Positions 9,672 to 19,457 are shown, counted from the stretch's first letter. The stretch is 64,000 nt of DNA from an uncultured Candidatus Actinomarina sp. (GCA_902593475.1 CACJIM010000004.1:340-64339), one strand, 5' to 3'. Numbers and translations: made by a program. Notes: a model not told the origin generated them from the letters alone.

Positions 9672-9689
9672 TTGTGAATATATTCACAA
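9672..9689. promoter_or_regulatory. Perfect 18-bp palindrome TTGTGAATATATTCACAA (CRP/FNR-type TGTGA-N6-TCACA site)
   Basis: The sequence is its own reverse complement. It lies 19 nt upstream of the ATG at 9708, next to a TATATA box at 9692-9697. Confidence 0.45.
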
Positions 9690-9707
9690 AGTATATAAAG
9701 GAATAAA

Positions 9708-9902
9708 ATGACAGACGGATTAAAAGCTAGTCAAATTAAGGGCGGAATAAGGCCATCAAAAAGTTTTGACCAGGGCAGAGTATGTAAAGATGATTCTTGC
9801 AGTACTCAACTAAGTATATATAACAAAAGAGATCATTGCTTCAATCACGCTCCAGTGAAATATCCTAGAGTTAGAGGCAGAATTCTCCAAGAAACTGCTT
9901 AA
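9708..9902 (+). CDS. Small putative zinc-ribbon protein
   Basis: 64 aa with C-x4-C-x12-C-x2-H spacing (CKDDSC...CFNH). AAGGA precedes the ATG, and terminator hairpins follow the gene. Confidence 0.55.
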   Translation: MTDGLKASQIKGGIRPSKSFDQGRVCKDDSCSTQLSIYNKRDHCFNHAPVKYPRVRGRILQETA

Positions 9903-9922
9903 GTTTTAAACTCCCCCCTAAT

Positions 9923-9978
9923 GAAATCTCCCCCATGAGATTTCCGATAAGCCCCTATGAGAATAGGGGCTTATTTTA
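9923..9978 (+). terminator. Tandem hairpins forming a rho-independent terminator
   Basis: First hairpin is GAAATCTC-CCCCAT-GAGATTTC (9923-9944). Second is AAGCCCCTA-TGAGAA-TAGGGGCTT (9949-9972), followed by ATTTTAT. Confidence 0.6.
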
Positions 9979-10005
9979 TAAATACATCATTATTATTATT
10001 TAGTT

Positions 10006-10215
10006 ATGGAAACAAAATTTACTGTACCTGAAATTAGTTGTGGACACTGTAAAGAAACAATTGAGTCAACTATAAATAGTCTCGAAAATGTTGAAGCTGT
10101 CAATGTTGATATTGATCAAAAATCAGTAGAAGTTAAGTCTTCCTCAGATCTAGATTTGTCTCTGGTTTCTAACATGCTCGATGAACAAGGCTATACAGTT
10201 GTCGAATCAAGTTAA
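10006..10215 (+). CDS. copZ: Copper chaperone, heavy-metal-associated domain
   Basis: 69 aa with an HMA fold and the CGHC metal-binding motif (EISCGHCKETIE). Confidence 0.85.
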   Translation: METKFTVPEISCGHCKETIESTINSLENVEAVNVDIDQKSVEVKSSSDLDLSLVSNMLDEQGYTVVESS

Positions 10216-12277
10216 ATCTGTCAATTTAGATATTGATGGTATGACTTGTGCGGCTTGTGCTGCAAGAGTTGAGCGTGTACTAACAAAAAACGAACACGTA
10301 TTAGACGCATCAGTGAGCTTTCCCTTAAAATCTGCAATTGTAGATATCGCAGATGATGAAAGTTTTGATTTTGATGAAATTATTAAATCAGTAAATAAGA
10401 TTGGCTATAAAGCAAAAGAAGCTTCTGAAGATAACACTAAAAAAAATATCAAATTTAAAATCTTTACCCCAATAGCTTCATTATTAATGACTGTTTCTCT
10501 TAGGTATTTTTTTGAAGCAGGTCTGGATTTAATATCCTACCTTATAGGTTTTTTTGTTATTTTAGTTCTTGGAAGAAATTTCCATATATCTGCGTTTAAA
10601 AAAATTAAAAATCTTGATTTCAATATGGACACTTTAATCTCACTTGGAAGTTTGAGCTCTTTGTTAATTTCTTTATTGCCGGCTGAGCTAGTTTCTTCAA
10701 TGAGTTCTGCATCGAGTGAAAATAAAATGTTTCTTGATACTGGAGCTTTTATCGTGTCTTTTTTACTTATTGGTAAGGCAGTAGAAGATAGGGTAATAGA
10801 AGAGTCTGTGAAAACTTCAGAGTCAATAAAAAGTCGAATGCCAAAAACTTTGTTAGTAAATAGAGATAAAGACAGAATTGAAATACCTACAAAAGATGTT
10901 AAAGAAAAAGATCGTTTCAATGTAATGGTCGGTGAAATTATTCCCGTTGATGGTGAGATTGTTGAAGGTGAAACTACTGTTGATGAAAGCCTTCTTACTG
11001 GAGAGTCTATACCTTTAACAAAAGAAGAAGGAGATCAGGTTGTTGGAGGAAGTATTAATTTACAAGGAAATATAGAGATTGAAGTAAAAGAATCTTACCA
11101 AAAATCAACTTATAACATTATCGAAGACTTAATCAGAAATGCTCAGGGAACTAAGCCAGATATTCAAAAATCACTCGACACAATCACACAGTATTTTGTA
11201 CCGGTTGTTTTATTTACTAGTTTTAGCACTTTTGTATTCAAGTATCTAATTCAAGATGTTGCCTTGATAGACGCCCTAAAAAATGCAATAGCTGTATTAG
11301 TTATTGCATGTCCATGTGCACTGGGGCTAGCAACCCCAATAGTTTTATTTAAAACTGCAACAGTCAGCAAACTAAAAGGCTTTCTTTTTAAGAATTTTGA
11401 TATTCTTCAAAAGTTTGGAGACATAAATACAATGGTTTTCGACAAAACGGGTACTCTTTCCTCCGGTATCTTTAAAATCAGGGAGATTCAGATGCCTAAT
11501 GAAACTATTCCAAGAAATACTGTTTTGCAGTTGATTGCAAGTCTTGAAAACTATTCTCAACACCCAATTGCAAAAAGTATTGTTTATCAAGCAGAGTTAG
11601 AGGATTTAACACTTCTTCCTGCTTCAAATATAAAAGAAAAACCCGGCGTTGGAATTGAGGGCATTGTTGAAGAGCAACTTATTAAAATTGAAAAAAACAA
11701 AGAGAAAAATGACTCTTCACTTAAAGTTTCAATAAATGATCTATATTATTTTTTATACCTAGAAGAAGAAGCATCCGTGTCTAACAATTTTTTAAAAGAG
11801 CTTAAAGAAGAGAAGAATATCGTAATTCTCTCTGGTGATAAAAAAGTTAATGTAGAAAAATTTGCTGAAGAACAAAACATAAAAGAATTTTATTCTGATA
11901 AAAGTCCTGAGGAAAAACTTGATTTTGTAAAAGATATCCAAAAAGATGAGAGGGTAATTTTTGTTGGTGATGGAGTTAATGATTCACCGTCAATTAAACA
12001 AGCTGATGTTGGAGTAACTACCTCTTCTAGTAGCCAGATTGCACAAGTTTCTGGAGATATATTAATCCACAAAGGAGGTTTAGAAACTCTGAGTGAAGTA
12101 TTTAGTCTTTCAAAAAAATCAAAGTATAGAATATATCAAAATCTTTTTCTCGCCTTTATTTACAACACACTAATGATACCTATTGCAGTTGTTGGCCTAA
12201 TTACACCGAATTTGGCAGCACTAGCAATGGCCCTTTCTAGTATTTCGGTAGTAATAAACTCTTCAAGAAAACTCTAA
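10181..12277 (+). CDS. copA: Copper-translocating P1B-type ATPase
   Basis: It has an N-terminal GMTCAAC HMA domain, CPC in a TM helix, DKTGT, SQHPIAKSI (HP motif) and GDGVNDSP. The ATG at 10181 overlaps copZ by 35 nt, so TTG 10199 is a possible alternative start. Confidence 0.92.
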   Translation: MNKAIQLSNQVKSVNLDIDGMTCAACAARVERVLTKNEHVLDASVSFPLKSAIVDIADDESFDFDEIIKSVNKIGYKAKEASEDNTKKNIKFKIFTPIASLLMTVSLRYFFEAGLDLISYLIGFFVILVLGRNFHISAFKKIKNLDFNMDTLISLGSLSSLLISLLPAELVSSMSSASSENKMFLDTGAFIVSFLLIGKAVEDRVIEESVKTSESIKSRMPKTLLVNRDKDRIEIPTKDVKEKDRFNVMVGEIIPVDGEIVEGETTVDESLLTGESIPLTKEEGDQVVGGSINLQGNIEIEVKESYQKSTYNIIEDLIRNAQGTKPDIQKSLDTITQYFVPVVLFTSFSTFVFKYLIQDVALIDALKNAIAVLVIACPCALGLATPIVLFKTATVSKLKGFLFKNFDILQKFGDINTMVFDKTGTLSSGIFKIREIQMPNETIPRNTVLQLIASLENYSQHPIAKSIVYQAELEDLTLLPASNIKEKPGVGIEGIVEEQLIKIEKNKEKNDSSLKVSINDLYYFLYLEEEASVSNNFLKELKEEKNIVILSGDKKVNVEKFAEEQNIKEFYSDKSPEEKLDFVKDIQKDERVIFVGDGVNDSPSIKQADVGVTTSSSSQIAQVSGDILIHKGGLETLSEVFSLSKKSKYRIYQNLFLAFIYNTLMIPIAVVGLITPNLAALAMALSSISVVINSSRKL

Positions 12278-12320
12278 AAATTAATCTTAAATAAATCTAT
12301 CACAACATTATTCTTCAAAT

Positions 12321-13169
12321 ATGGAAGATGTAGTTTGGTATAGAAAGCCACTTTTATCAGAACCTGTTGCAATACTTGCATTCGAAGGCTGGAGTGATGC
12401 TGGCAACACTGCCACCGGTTGTGTTGAGAACTTAAGCAGTACGTATGATGTTGAACCGTTTGCAGAATTAAATTCGGATTCATATTATAACTACCAAATG
12501 AGAAGGCCAATTGTTGAAGTTAAAGACTTTGGAGAAAGAAACTTTCACTGGCCCCAAACATCTTTTTACTCAATTGAAGACTACAAGTTGAAAAGTGATT
12601 TAATATTAGTTTTTGGTGAAGAGCCATCAATGAAGTGGAAAGATTACTCAAGAAACATTTCGGATACGCTGCTTGAGCTTGGAGTTAAAAAAGCGGTAAC
12701 TTTAGGTGCTTTTTTTGGACAAGTTGCGCACACGCTTCCTGTACCAATATTTGGTGTTAGTGGAGATCCAACATTTCATTCAAGATACAATGTCTTAAAT
12801 CCAAATTATTCTGGACCTACAGGTATCACTAGTGTTGTTGGGCAAACACTCAGAGATAATGGTATCGAGACTGCAGGACTTTGGGCAGCTGTTCCTCATT
12901 ACCTAAGTAGTGGTGGTTATCCTAAAGGAATGAGTGCACTGTTAAATAAAACTTCCGATATCTTAAAAATTGATATTGATGATTCTGGAATTCAAAGTGA
13001 AGGACAACAGTTTGAACTAAAAATTAACAAGGCTATGGAAAACTCTCAAGATTTAGCAGAGTACGTTTCTAAATTAGAAGAAGCTGATGTTAGTATCGAA
13101 GATAATTTTTCAGAAGATAATCTTGTTCAACAAATCGAAGATTTCTTAAATGAAGAGAGAGAAATTTAA
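12321..13169 (+). CDS. PAC2 (proteasome assembly chaperone 2-like) family protein
   Basis: 282 aa. The N-terminal LAFEGWSDAGN motif and an acidic C-terminus are typical of actinobacterial PAC2 proteins. Confidence 0.75.
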   Translation: MEDVVWYRKPLLSEPVAILAFEGWSDAGNTATGCVENLSSTYDVEPFAELNSDSYYNYQMRRPIVEVKDFGERNFHWPQTSFYSIEDYKLKSDLILVFGEEPSMKWKDYSRNISDTLLELGVKKAVTLGAFFGQVAHTLPVPIFGVSGDPTFHSRYNVLNPNYSGPTGITSVVGQTLRDNGIETAGLWAAVPHYLSSGGYPKGMSALLNKTSDILKIDIDDSGIQSEGQQFELKINKAMENSQDLAEYVSKLEEADVSIEDNFSEDNLVQQIEDFLNEEREI

Positions 13170-13265
13170 CTAAACGGTTTTCTTCTTATGTCTATTTGAT
13201 TTACGACGTTTACGGTATTTATGTTTTGACATTTTTTTACGTCTTTTTTTTATCAAAGATCCCAT
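13170..13265 (-). CDS. Ribosomal protein bS22 (actinobacterial small basic protein)
   Basis: Not in the ORF track because it is only 31 aa: MGSLIKKRRKKMSKHKYRKRRKSNRHKKKTV. The MGS-IKKRRK-MSK-KHRK pattern matches bS22. Confidence 0.8.
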   Translation of the reverse strand: MGSLIKKRRKKMSKHKYRKRRKSNRHKKKTV

Positions 13266-13336
13266 AAATTAAATTTTTATCCTTTTTTCCTAACTGCGAA
13301 AGTCTAACGGATTTTCATGATTATTTGAAAATCTTT

Positions 13337-14194
13337 TTAAAGTTTTTTATCAGTACCGCGATTTATTGCTTTTAATAAAGCATTTTTTCCATCATTGTCC
13401 TCTGGAGAACGTTTTAATGCCCATAATCCCCAAGTAATCATTGATAGTATTTCAAAATATTCAAACTTTTCGATTTCATCTTTTTTTTGAATATTAATTT
13501 CATTGAGTACCTGTTGACGCATATTCTTATCTAAGTCGAACTCATTTTGCCAAAATAAGTCTGCGTAATCAAAATACTTGTCTCCCATCGATGAATATTC
13601 CCAGTCAATTAGGTATGTTTGGTCATCATATACTACAAAATTACCTGAATAAAGATCTTGGTGACAAGGTTCATTATTAATACCAATTTCTTTAATTTTT
13701 TTTATAATCTCAAAACCAACTTCTTTTGCATCTCTCTCGATTGAGTTAGAAATATCAGCAATTTCGCTAAATACATTGAGTGGTGAAAAATTATTTTCAA
13801 AAACTAAATCTGAATTGTGTAAATCAAACAGCTTTTTGAAAGCTTCCTTTCTCATATTTTCGTTTTTAAAATCAGAAGATTTATATGTGTATATATCAAA
13901 ATATTTGGAAATTTTAACACCTGTATTTTCATCAAAAATTATATAAGGTAAAGTCAATCCATATTCCTGTGCCTTTAATGTATTTTGTTTTTCAGATTTT
14001 CTATTAATTACATCTGGGTTATCACCAGGTATTCTTAAAACGTACTTTTCATTATCCAGATCTACTACATAGCTTGTATTTGTAATGCCATCTAGTTTTG
14101 AAATTTCATATTTACTTTCATCTTTTGAATTTGAAATGCCATACTTTAAAAATATTTCAATCACTTCACTAGCTTTGATCATATTCATTATCAT
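13337..14194 (-). CDS. Choline/ethanolamine kinase-like phosphotransferase (APH fold)
   Basis: Contains CHQDLYSGNFV (catalytic loop) and LIDWEYSSMGDKYFDYADLF. The track start at 14302 adds an implausible extension that overlaps the divergent small ORF. Starts at 14194, 14188 or 14182 (MIMNMIKAS) are more likely. Confidence 0.75.
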   Translation of the reverse strand: MIMNMIKASEVIEIFLKYGISNSKDESKYEISKLDGITNTSYVVDLDNEKYVLRIPGDNPDVINRKSEKQNTLKAQEYGLTLPYIIFDENTGVKISKYFDIYTYKSSDFKNENMRKEAFKKLFDLHNSDLVFENNFSPLNVFSEIADISNSIERDAKEVGFEIIKKIKEIGINNEPCHQDLYSGNFVVYDDQTYLIDWEYSSMGDKYFDYADLFWQNEFDLDKNMRQQVLNEINIQKKDEIEKFEYFEILSMITWGLWALKRSPEDNDGKNALLKAINRGTDKKL

Positions 14195-14204
14195 AATATA
14201 AGTT

Positions 14205-14405
14205 ATGAATGATCCATTTGCACTTGATTTAACAATTATTCTTCTTTTGCTAGGTGTTGGAGCAGCTATGGTTGCAGGAAACCTCGCAGCTTTTTTTAAC
14301 AAGAATCATAAAAGAGAAAATATGTATTTAAGAAGAACTGTTTTTTTAACTGGTGTTGGTCTTTTAATAACTATCTGGTCTATTGCATCTTTAATAAACA
14401 GATAA
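14205..14405 (+). CDS. Small two-TM membrane protein
   Basis: 66 aa with two clear hydrophobic helices separated by KNHKRENMYLRR. No obvious SD. Confidence 0.4.
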   Translation: MNDPFALDLTIILLLLGVGAAMVAGNLAAFFNKNHKRENMYLRRTVFLTGVGLLITIWSIASLINR

Positions 14406-14448
14406 TTTTTAATAAAACGATTATTATATTCAAAGAGTAAGGGGAAAA

Positions 14449-15012
14449 ATGTTATCAGATATAGACATAAAAAACTCAATTAAAAATAATGATATTGAAA
14501 TATCTCCATTGATTGAGGATTATATCCAACCTTCAAGTGTAGATCTAAGAGTAGGAGATGATTTTAGAGTCTTTGAAAACCACAAATATTCACATATTGA
14601 CCCAAAAGCTCAACAAGATGATCTAACTTCGCTAGTAACTGCAACGATTGAAGAACCATTTGTACTTCATCCTGGTGAATTTGTACTTGGAACTACGTTT
14701 GAAAAAGTTTCTCTTTCAAATAAAGTTGTTGCCAGACTCGAAGGAAAAAGTTCACTTGGAAGAATTGGTTTATTAATTCACTCTACTGCAGGTTTTGTTG
14801 ATCCAGGATTTTCTGGATACTTAACACTTGAACTTTCAAACGTAGCAAATCTTCCGATAAAAATTTACCCTGAGATGAAGATTGGTCAAATTTCTTTTTA
14901 TTATCTGAATTCGCCTTCAGAGTCTGAATATGGATCAGAAACTTATGGTAGTAAGTACCAAGGGCAAGAAGGACCCACTCCAAGTAGAAGTCATACTGAC
15001 TTTAAAAAATAA
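14449..15012 (+). CDS. dcd: dCTP deaminase (possibly the bifunctional dCTP deaminase/dUTPase type)
   Basis: 187 aa. Motifs [25 protein letters not shown] and [12 protein letters not shown] are present. SD is AAGGGG. Confidence 0.92.
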   Translation: MLSDIDIKNSIKNNDIEISPLIEDYIQPSSVDLRVGDDFRVFENHKYSHIDPKAQQDDLTSLVTATIEEPFVLHPGEFVLGTTFEKVSLSNKVVARLEGKSSLGRIGLLIHSTAGFVDPGFSGYLTLELSNVANLPIKIYPEMKIGQISFYYLNSPSESEYGSETYGSKYQGQEGPTPSRSHTDFKK

Positions 15013-15695
15013 TGATTCCAGGAATAGGTACACTAATAAATTCCTTTGCTGTAATTGGTGTTGGAATTTTAACAAGGTTTTTCGTAAAAAAAGAAATTAA
15101 AAATTTCGAAAACAATTTATTACCACTTGGTCTTCTTGTTCTAACACTTGGAATAAGGGAGTCGCTAAAAAGTCCCGAGTTTTTACTGACATTAGTAGCA
15201 GTATTAATTGGTGCAATTATAGGTTCTTTCTTAAAAATAGAAGAAAGAATAAAAAGTTTTGGAGAGTATCTACATAATAAATTTGAAAAAGATAGTTCAG
15301 AAAAAAGTAAGTTTATTGAAAGCTATTTAACTGCATCTTTAATAGTAGTTACTGGGCCGCTTGCTATCGTTGGCCCCTTTCTCGATGTAGTCGAAGGGAA
15401 TATAGAGTTACTTTTAATTAAAACAGCACTCGATTGTTTTCTTGTGCTTTTTCTAACTTCAAGTGGTGGAAAAGGAGCCGGATACTCCGGAATTTCTATT
15501 CTAATCTATCAAGGATTTTTTACGTTGTGCGCATTAGGTCTTGGGGGTTCTATAGACCAAGTTGTAGCAGATTCAATTGCAGGTATTGGTGGAGTTTTGC
15601 TTGTAGGTGTTGGAATTAATCTATTAGGATTAAAGCAAATACCAGTTGGTAACTATATATTGAGTCTATTTGTTCCCTTCTTTATAACATTTTAA
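15012..15695 (+). CDS. DUF554-like membrane protein
   Basis: 227 aa, polytopic. The N-terminus [18 protein letters not shown] resembles the YdfK/YqgA family. Its ATG overlaps the dcd stop (TAATG). Confidence 0.6.
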   Translation: MIPGIGTLINSFAVIGVGILTRFFVKKEIKNFENNLLPLGLLVLTLGIRESLKSPEFLLTLVAVLIGAIIGSFLKIEERIKSFGEYLHNKFEKDSSEKSKFIESYLTASLIVVTGPLAIVGPFLDVVEGNIELLLIKTALDCFLVLFLTSSGGKGAGYSGISILIYQGFFTLCALGLGGSIDQVVADSIAGIGGVLLVGVGINLLGLKQIPVGNYILSLFVPFFITF

Positions 15696-16332
15696 AAGTT
15701 CTAGTTGCTCCTTCAACTCCACTAAATAAACTTGCTATTTTTTCTGATTCTTGTTCAAACGTTCCAGTTATATATTTAGGCTCTTGTATTGCAAAACACC
15801 TATTTTTAAAATCAATTTCAATTGGTACGTAAGGAATATTTAATCCTTTTGCTAAATAGTAAAAGCCACTTCTAAATTGCTTAACAGGTTCAACTCCCCC
15901 TTCTGGAGCTATAACTAAAATGTAGTTATTAATAGTTTTAAATTCTTCAACAGCTCCTCTAATTAGCCCTTTGGAGTTAACACGATAAACAGGTATACCA
16001 CCGAGCTTTAGCATCAAGTACTTTTGTAACCACCAGAATGGCCAGGGAATTCCCTGCCTATCTAAATTTTTAGATATAGTAAATAAACTTGGAAGCCTAG
16101 TAAATACCCAAGCTGCTCCAAAAAAATTTACTTTTAAATCTAATGCCCATACAGCGAGTAACGCATACCAGGCATCTCTCATAGCTGTATGGGGAATGCC
16201 TATAAGTATCATTTTTTCCAAATCAGGAATTTTTCCTTTAATTTCCCATCTAAAAACTTTTAGTAACAACCTTCCTAGAGGACCTAATATTTTTCTTTGT
16301 TTTTTTGCTAGTTTTTCATTCGTAGAAATCAT
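15682..16332 (-). CDS. Lysophospholipid (PlsC-type) acyltransferase
   Basis: 216 aa with an HxxxxD motif (PHTAMRD) and APEGG. It is a paralogue of 44292-44960, sharing the QGIPWPxxWLQ block. Its start overlaps the asd stop (ATGA). Confidence 0.7.
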   Translation of the reverse strand: MISTNEKLAKKQRKILGPLGRLLLKVFRWEIKGKIPDLEKMILIGIPHTAMRDAWYALLAVWALDLKVNFFGAAWVFTRLPSLFTISKNLDRQGIPWPFWWLQKYLMLKLGGIPVYRVNSKGLIRGAVEEFKTINNYILVIAPEGGVEPVKQFRSGFYYLAKGLNIPYVPIEIDFKNRCFAIQEPKYITGTFEQESEKIASLFSGVEGATRTFKML

Positions 16333-17315
16333 AATTTTTCCACAAACTTAGCTATCTGCACTGCATTTAAAGCAGCACCTTTTAAAAGGTTGTCAGAGAC
16401 TACCCAAAAGTTTAAAATATTTTTTGATGAAAGACCTTGTCTAAGTCTTGAAACTAAGACCTCGTCTTTGCCTTCTACATCTATTGGTGTTGGTAATGAA
16501 TCATTCCAGACTTCTACACCTTCAAAATTATTTAGTAAATCGTTGCATTCCTCCAGGTCAACTTCATTTTCAAACACTGCAGAGCAAAAAGTTCCATGAC
16601 CTGTTCTTACTCCAACCCTTGCATTAGATGGTTCAACAACTAAATCTGGAATCGATAGTATTTTTCTTGATTCGTGGACAAATTTCATTTCTTCATCAGA
16701 GTATCCGTTATCAGTTAAGCTTCCTGCAAGAGGAATAACGTTCCTAGCTATTGGATTTGAATAATAAGTCTGTTGATAATTTGCATCTAACTTATCACCT
16801 AATAAAGTCTCTTTTTCTAATGATTTTATAGCTTCAGATCCTGATCCAGATACTGCCTGATAAGCAACAGGGGTCATGGAAGATAAAGTGTACTTATCAT
16901 GTAGGGGCTTTAAAGCCATTACTAATCCCATTGTTGTACAGTTTGGATTAGATATCAACTTTGATTTTTTTGTGATTATGTTTTCATTAATTCCATACAC
17001 AACAAGAGGAACTTCATCGTTCATTCGAAAAACAGATGAGTTGTCTATTACAAATGAACCATTATCTATGAAAGTAGGTGCGTAATTTTCAGACCTTTCA
17101 CCACCAGCTGAAAATAGTGAAATGTTGTATTCTCCAATATTTTCTTTATTAAGTTCTTTAACGGTTATATCTTTGTCATTAACTCTAATCTTTTTTCCTT
17201 CTGAGGATTTTGAAGCAAATAGCGAGTATTCAACATCTACATCGAAATACTGCTCACATAAATTTATAATATTTGTGCCAACAAGGCCTGTTGCACCAAC
17301 AATTGCTATCTTCAT
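16329..17315 (-). CDS. asd: Aspartate-semialdehyde dehydrogenase
   Basis: 328 aa with the N-terminal GATGLVG Rossmann motif and active-site NPNCTT. Overlaps ask by ATGA. Confidence 0.95.
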   Translation of the reverse strand: MKIAIVGATGLVGTNIINLCEQYFDVDVEYSLFASKSSEGKKIRVNDKDITVKELNKENIGEYNISLFSAGGERSENYAPTFIDNGSFVIDNSSVFRMNDEVPLVVYGINENIITKKSKLISNPNCTTMGLVMALKPLHDKYTLSSMTPVAYQAVSGSGSEAIKSLEKETLLGDKLDANYQQTYYSNPIARNVIPLAGSLTDNGYSDEEMKFVHESRKILSIPDLVVEPSNARVGVRTGHGTFCSAVFENEVDLEECNDLLNNFEGVEVWNDSLPTPIDVEGKDEVLVSRLRQGLSSKNILNFWVVSDNLLKGAALNAVQIAKFVEKL

Positions 17316-18532
17316 TCTTTTTCTATGAATTCCTTATGTAAAGCTTCCAAAGCAGCGTTTATATCTTTACTGTCAATTACACAAGAAACTCTGATGGGGG
17401 ATGTTGAAATCATTGAAATATTTATTGAGTTTTCCCCTAGTATTTTAAACATTTTCGATGCAACCCCTGATTCTGATTTCATCCCAGCACCGATTATTGA
17501 AACTCTTCCGACATTTTCATCAACATCATAACCTTTGGCTTTAAGTTCTATAGCAATATTTTTTAACATATCCTCAACAGCATCCTTTTGTTCAGTAGGT
17601 GCGGTAAATGAAATATCAGTTATTGAGTCTTTGGACACATTTTGGACAATCATATCTACGTTGATGCCTATCTCGGATAATGAACCAAAAACTGTTCCTG
17701 CAATTCCAGGTTGATCTGGTACCTCAAAAAGAGTAAATTTAACTTCTTTAGTATTATGAGTAACTCCGCTAACTAATGCTTCTTCCATAACTTTCTCTTT
17801 TACTTCGGTACCTTCATTATTTGTAAACGTTGATTTTACAATTATTGGTACATTATACCTTCTGCCGAATTCTACAGACCTAGCCATTAAAACTCCAGCG
17901 CCTGAAGAAGCCATTTCCAACATTTCTTCATAAGTAATTTCTGTAATTAATTCAGCAGAGTTGACTACTCTCGGATCTGCAGTAAATACTCCTTCTACAT
18001 CAGTAAATATTTCGCACCTCTCTGCTCCAAGAGCAGCAGCAAGTGCAACTGCAGTCGCATCAGAACCTCCTCTGCCTAAAGTTGTTATTTCTTTAGTGTC
18101 TCTGTTAAACCCCTGAAACCCAGCAACAATTACAATGTCGCCGTTCTCTAAGCCTTCTTTTACTCTTTCTCCAGTTATTTCCTCTATTTCAGCTTGTCCG
18201 TGTCTAGATGTTGTAATTATTCCAGCTTGTGAACCAGTAAGAGAAAAAGAGCTATATCCAAGACTGTTTAGATGCATAGATAATAAAGACATTGTAATTC
18301 TCTCACCTGCTGACAGGAGCATATCCAGTTCCCTTGGTGTTGGGTTTTCTGAGAGATCGTTAGCAAGTTTAATTAATTCATCTGTGCTGGAACCCATTGC
18401 AGAAGGCACAACTACTACGTCATTACCATTTTTCTTGCAATCGATAATTCTCTCAGCAACAATTCTGAGTGAATCTGTATCTGCAACACTCGTGCCGCCA
18501 AATTTTTGTACTATTAAACTCATTGGAAACAT
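17312..18532 (-). CDS. ask: Aspartate kinase
   Basis: 406 aa. It has VQKFGGTS, GRGGSDATAVALAAAL and a C-terminal pair of ACT domains. A candidate in-frame internal start for a beta subunit lies at 17788. Confidence 0.95.
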   Translation of the reverse strand: MFPMSLIVQKFGGTSVADTDSLRIVAERIIDCKKNGNDVVVVPSAMGSSTDELIKLANDLSENPTPRELDMLLSAGERITMSLLSMHLNSLGYSSFSLTGSQAGIITTSRHGQAEIEEITGERVKEGLENGDIVIVAGFQGFNRDTKEITTLGRGGSDATAVALAAALGAERCEIFTDVEGVFTADPRVVNSAELITEITYEEMLEMASSGAGVLMARSVEFGRRYNVPIIVKSTFTNNEGTEVKEKVMEEALVSGVTHNTKEVKFTLFEVPDQPGIAGTVFGSLSEIGINVDMIVQNVSKDSITDISFTAPTEQKDAVEDMLKNIAIELKAKGYDVDENVGRVSIIGAGMKSESGVASKMFKILGENSINISMISTSPIRVSCVIDSKDINAALEALHKEFIEKE

Positions 18533-18578
18533 TCTAATTAATTTATTAAAGAATTAAAGACCCTAGTACTCTTGTTTT

Positions 18579-19457
18579 ATGAGTATAGATTTACATGTTC
18601 ACTCAGTAAATTCTGACGGAACCGATTCAACTGAAGCTATTATTGAATCTTCTGTAGAACTTCAATTAGAGGCTATTTGTATTTCAGACCATGAATACCT
18701 CACTAAGGTTCCTCAACAAAACAATATAGAGATAATCCAAGGTGTAGAAATAAGTGTAAGTTGGGATCTTCTTGATGATACTAATAAATTTGGTGGTACT
18801 CATTTGTTGGTATATTTTCTTAATGAAGAGTCTCCCTTAGATAAAAAACTCCATGAATTGAGGCAAAATAAAATTGAAAGAAATTATTCAATTATTGATA
18901 ATTTGGAAGAATTTGAAATTTATATCGATAAAAAAGATCTTGATAGTTTAGAGACAAAAGTACCTGGAAGGCCTCATATTGCAGAACTTATGGTTAAAAA
19001 AAATTATGTTTCAAACATTTCTGAGGCTTTTTCAAAATATCTTGGTAATGGAAAAATAGACGGGATTGATAATCACCAGTTGAGCATCAAAGAAATTATA
19101 AATTTAGCAAAACAATCAAAATCTTTAGTGTTTCTTGCTCATCCTCATACTCTTATGAGTAATAAGTTATATTCCAAGTCAGACAACTGGATAGATAATA
19201 AATTTCATAATTACATTCAGACACTAAAAGATATGGATATTGACGGAATTGAAGTTTATTATCCAGGATACTCTCATAACACCATCAATACATTGCTAGA
19301 AGTATGTGAAAATCAAAATCTTTTAGTATCAGGTGGTAGTGATTTCCATGGAAGTAGGAAACCAAACAATCTATTAGGTATAGGATACGAAAATTCTCCT
19401 ATAAAGGTTCCCTATGAATTACTATCTAAAATGAAAGAGTTGCATGCAAAATTATAA
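18579..19457 (+). CDS. PHP-domain metal-dependent phosphoesterase (TrpH/YciV-like)
   Basis: 292 aa with N-terminal DLHVHS, internal ISDHE and C-terminal GGSDFHG motifs. Confidence 0.8.
   Translation: MSIDLHVHSVNSDGTDSTEAIIESSVELQLEAICISDHEYLTKVPQQNNIEIIQGVEISVSWDLLDDTNKFGGTHLLVYFLNEESPLDKKLHELRQNKIERNYSIIDNLEEFEIYIDKKDLDSLETKVPGRPHIAELMVKKNYVSNISEAFSKYLGNGKIDGIDNHQLSIKEIINLAKQSKSLVFLAHPHTLMSNKLYSKSDNWIDNKFHNYIQTLKDMDIDGIEVYYPGYSHNTINTLLEVCENQNLLVSGGSDFHGSRKPNNLLGIGYENSPIKVPYELLSKMKELHAKL

Noticed and set aside
10181-10215. 35-nt copZ/copA overlap as a possible frameshift or fusion
   Set aside because: Both frames are intact with their own metal-binding motifs. The overlap disappears or shrinks if copA starts at the in-frame TTG 10199. 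This is ordinary start-codon ambiguity.
14195-14302. N-terminal extensions in the ORF track: kinase to 14302, deoxyribonucleotidase from 22796, lipoprotein P2 to 55108, P4 to 56637
   Set aside because: The extensions overlap neighbouring genes and precede obvious native N-termini (HAD DxD motif, signal peptides). Shorter starts were adopted.
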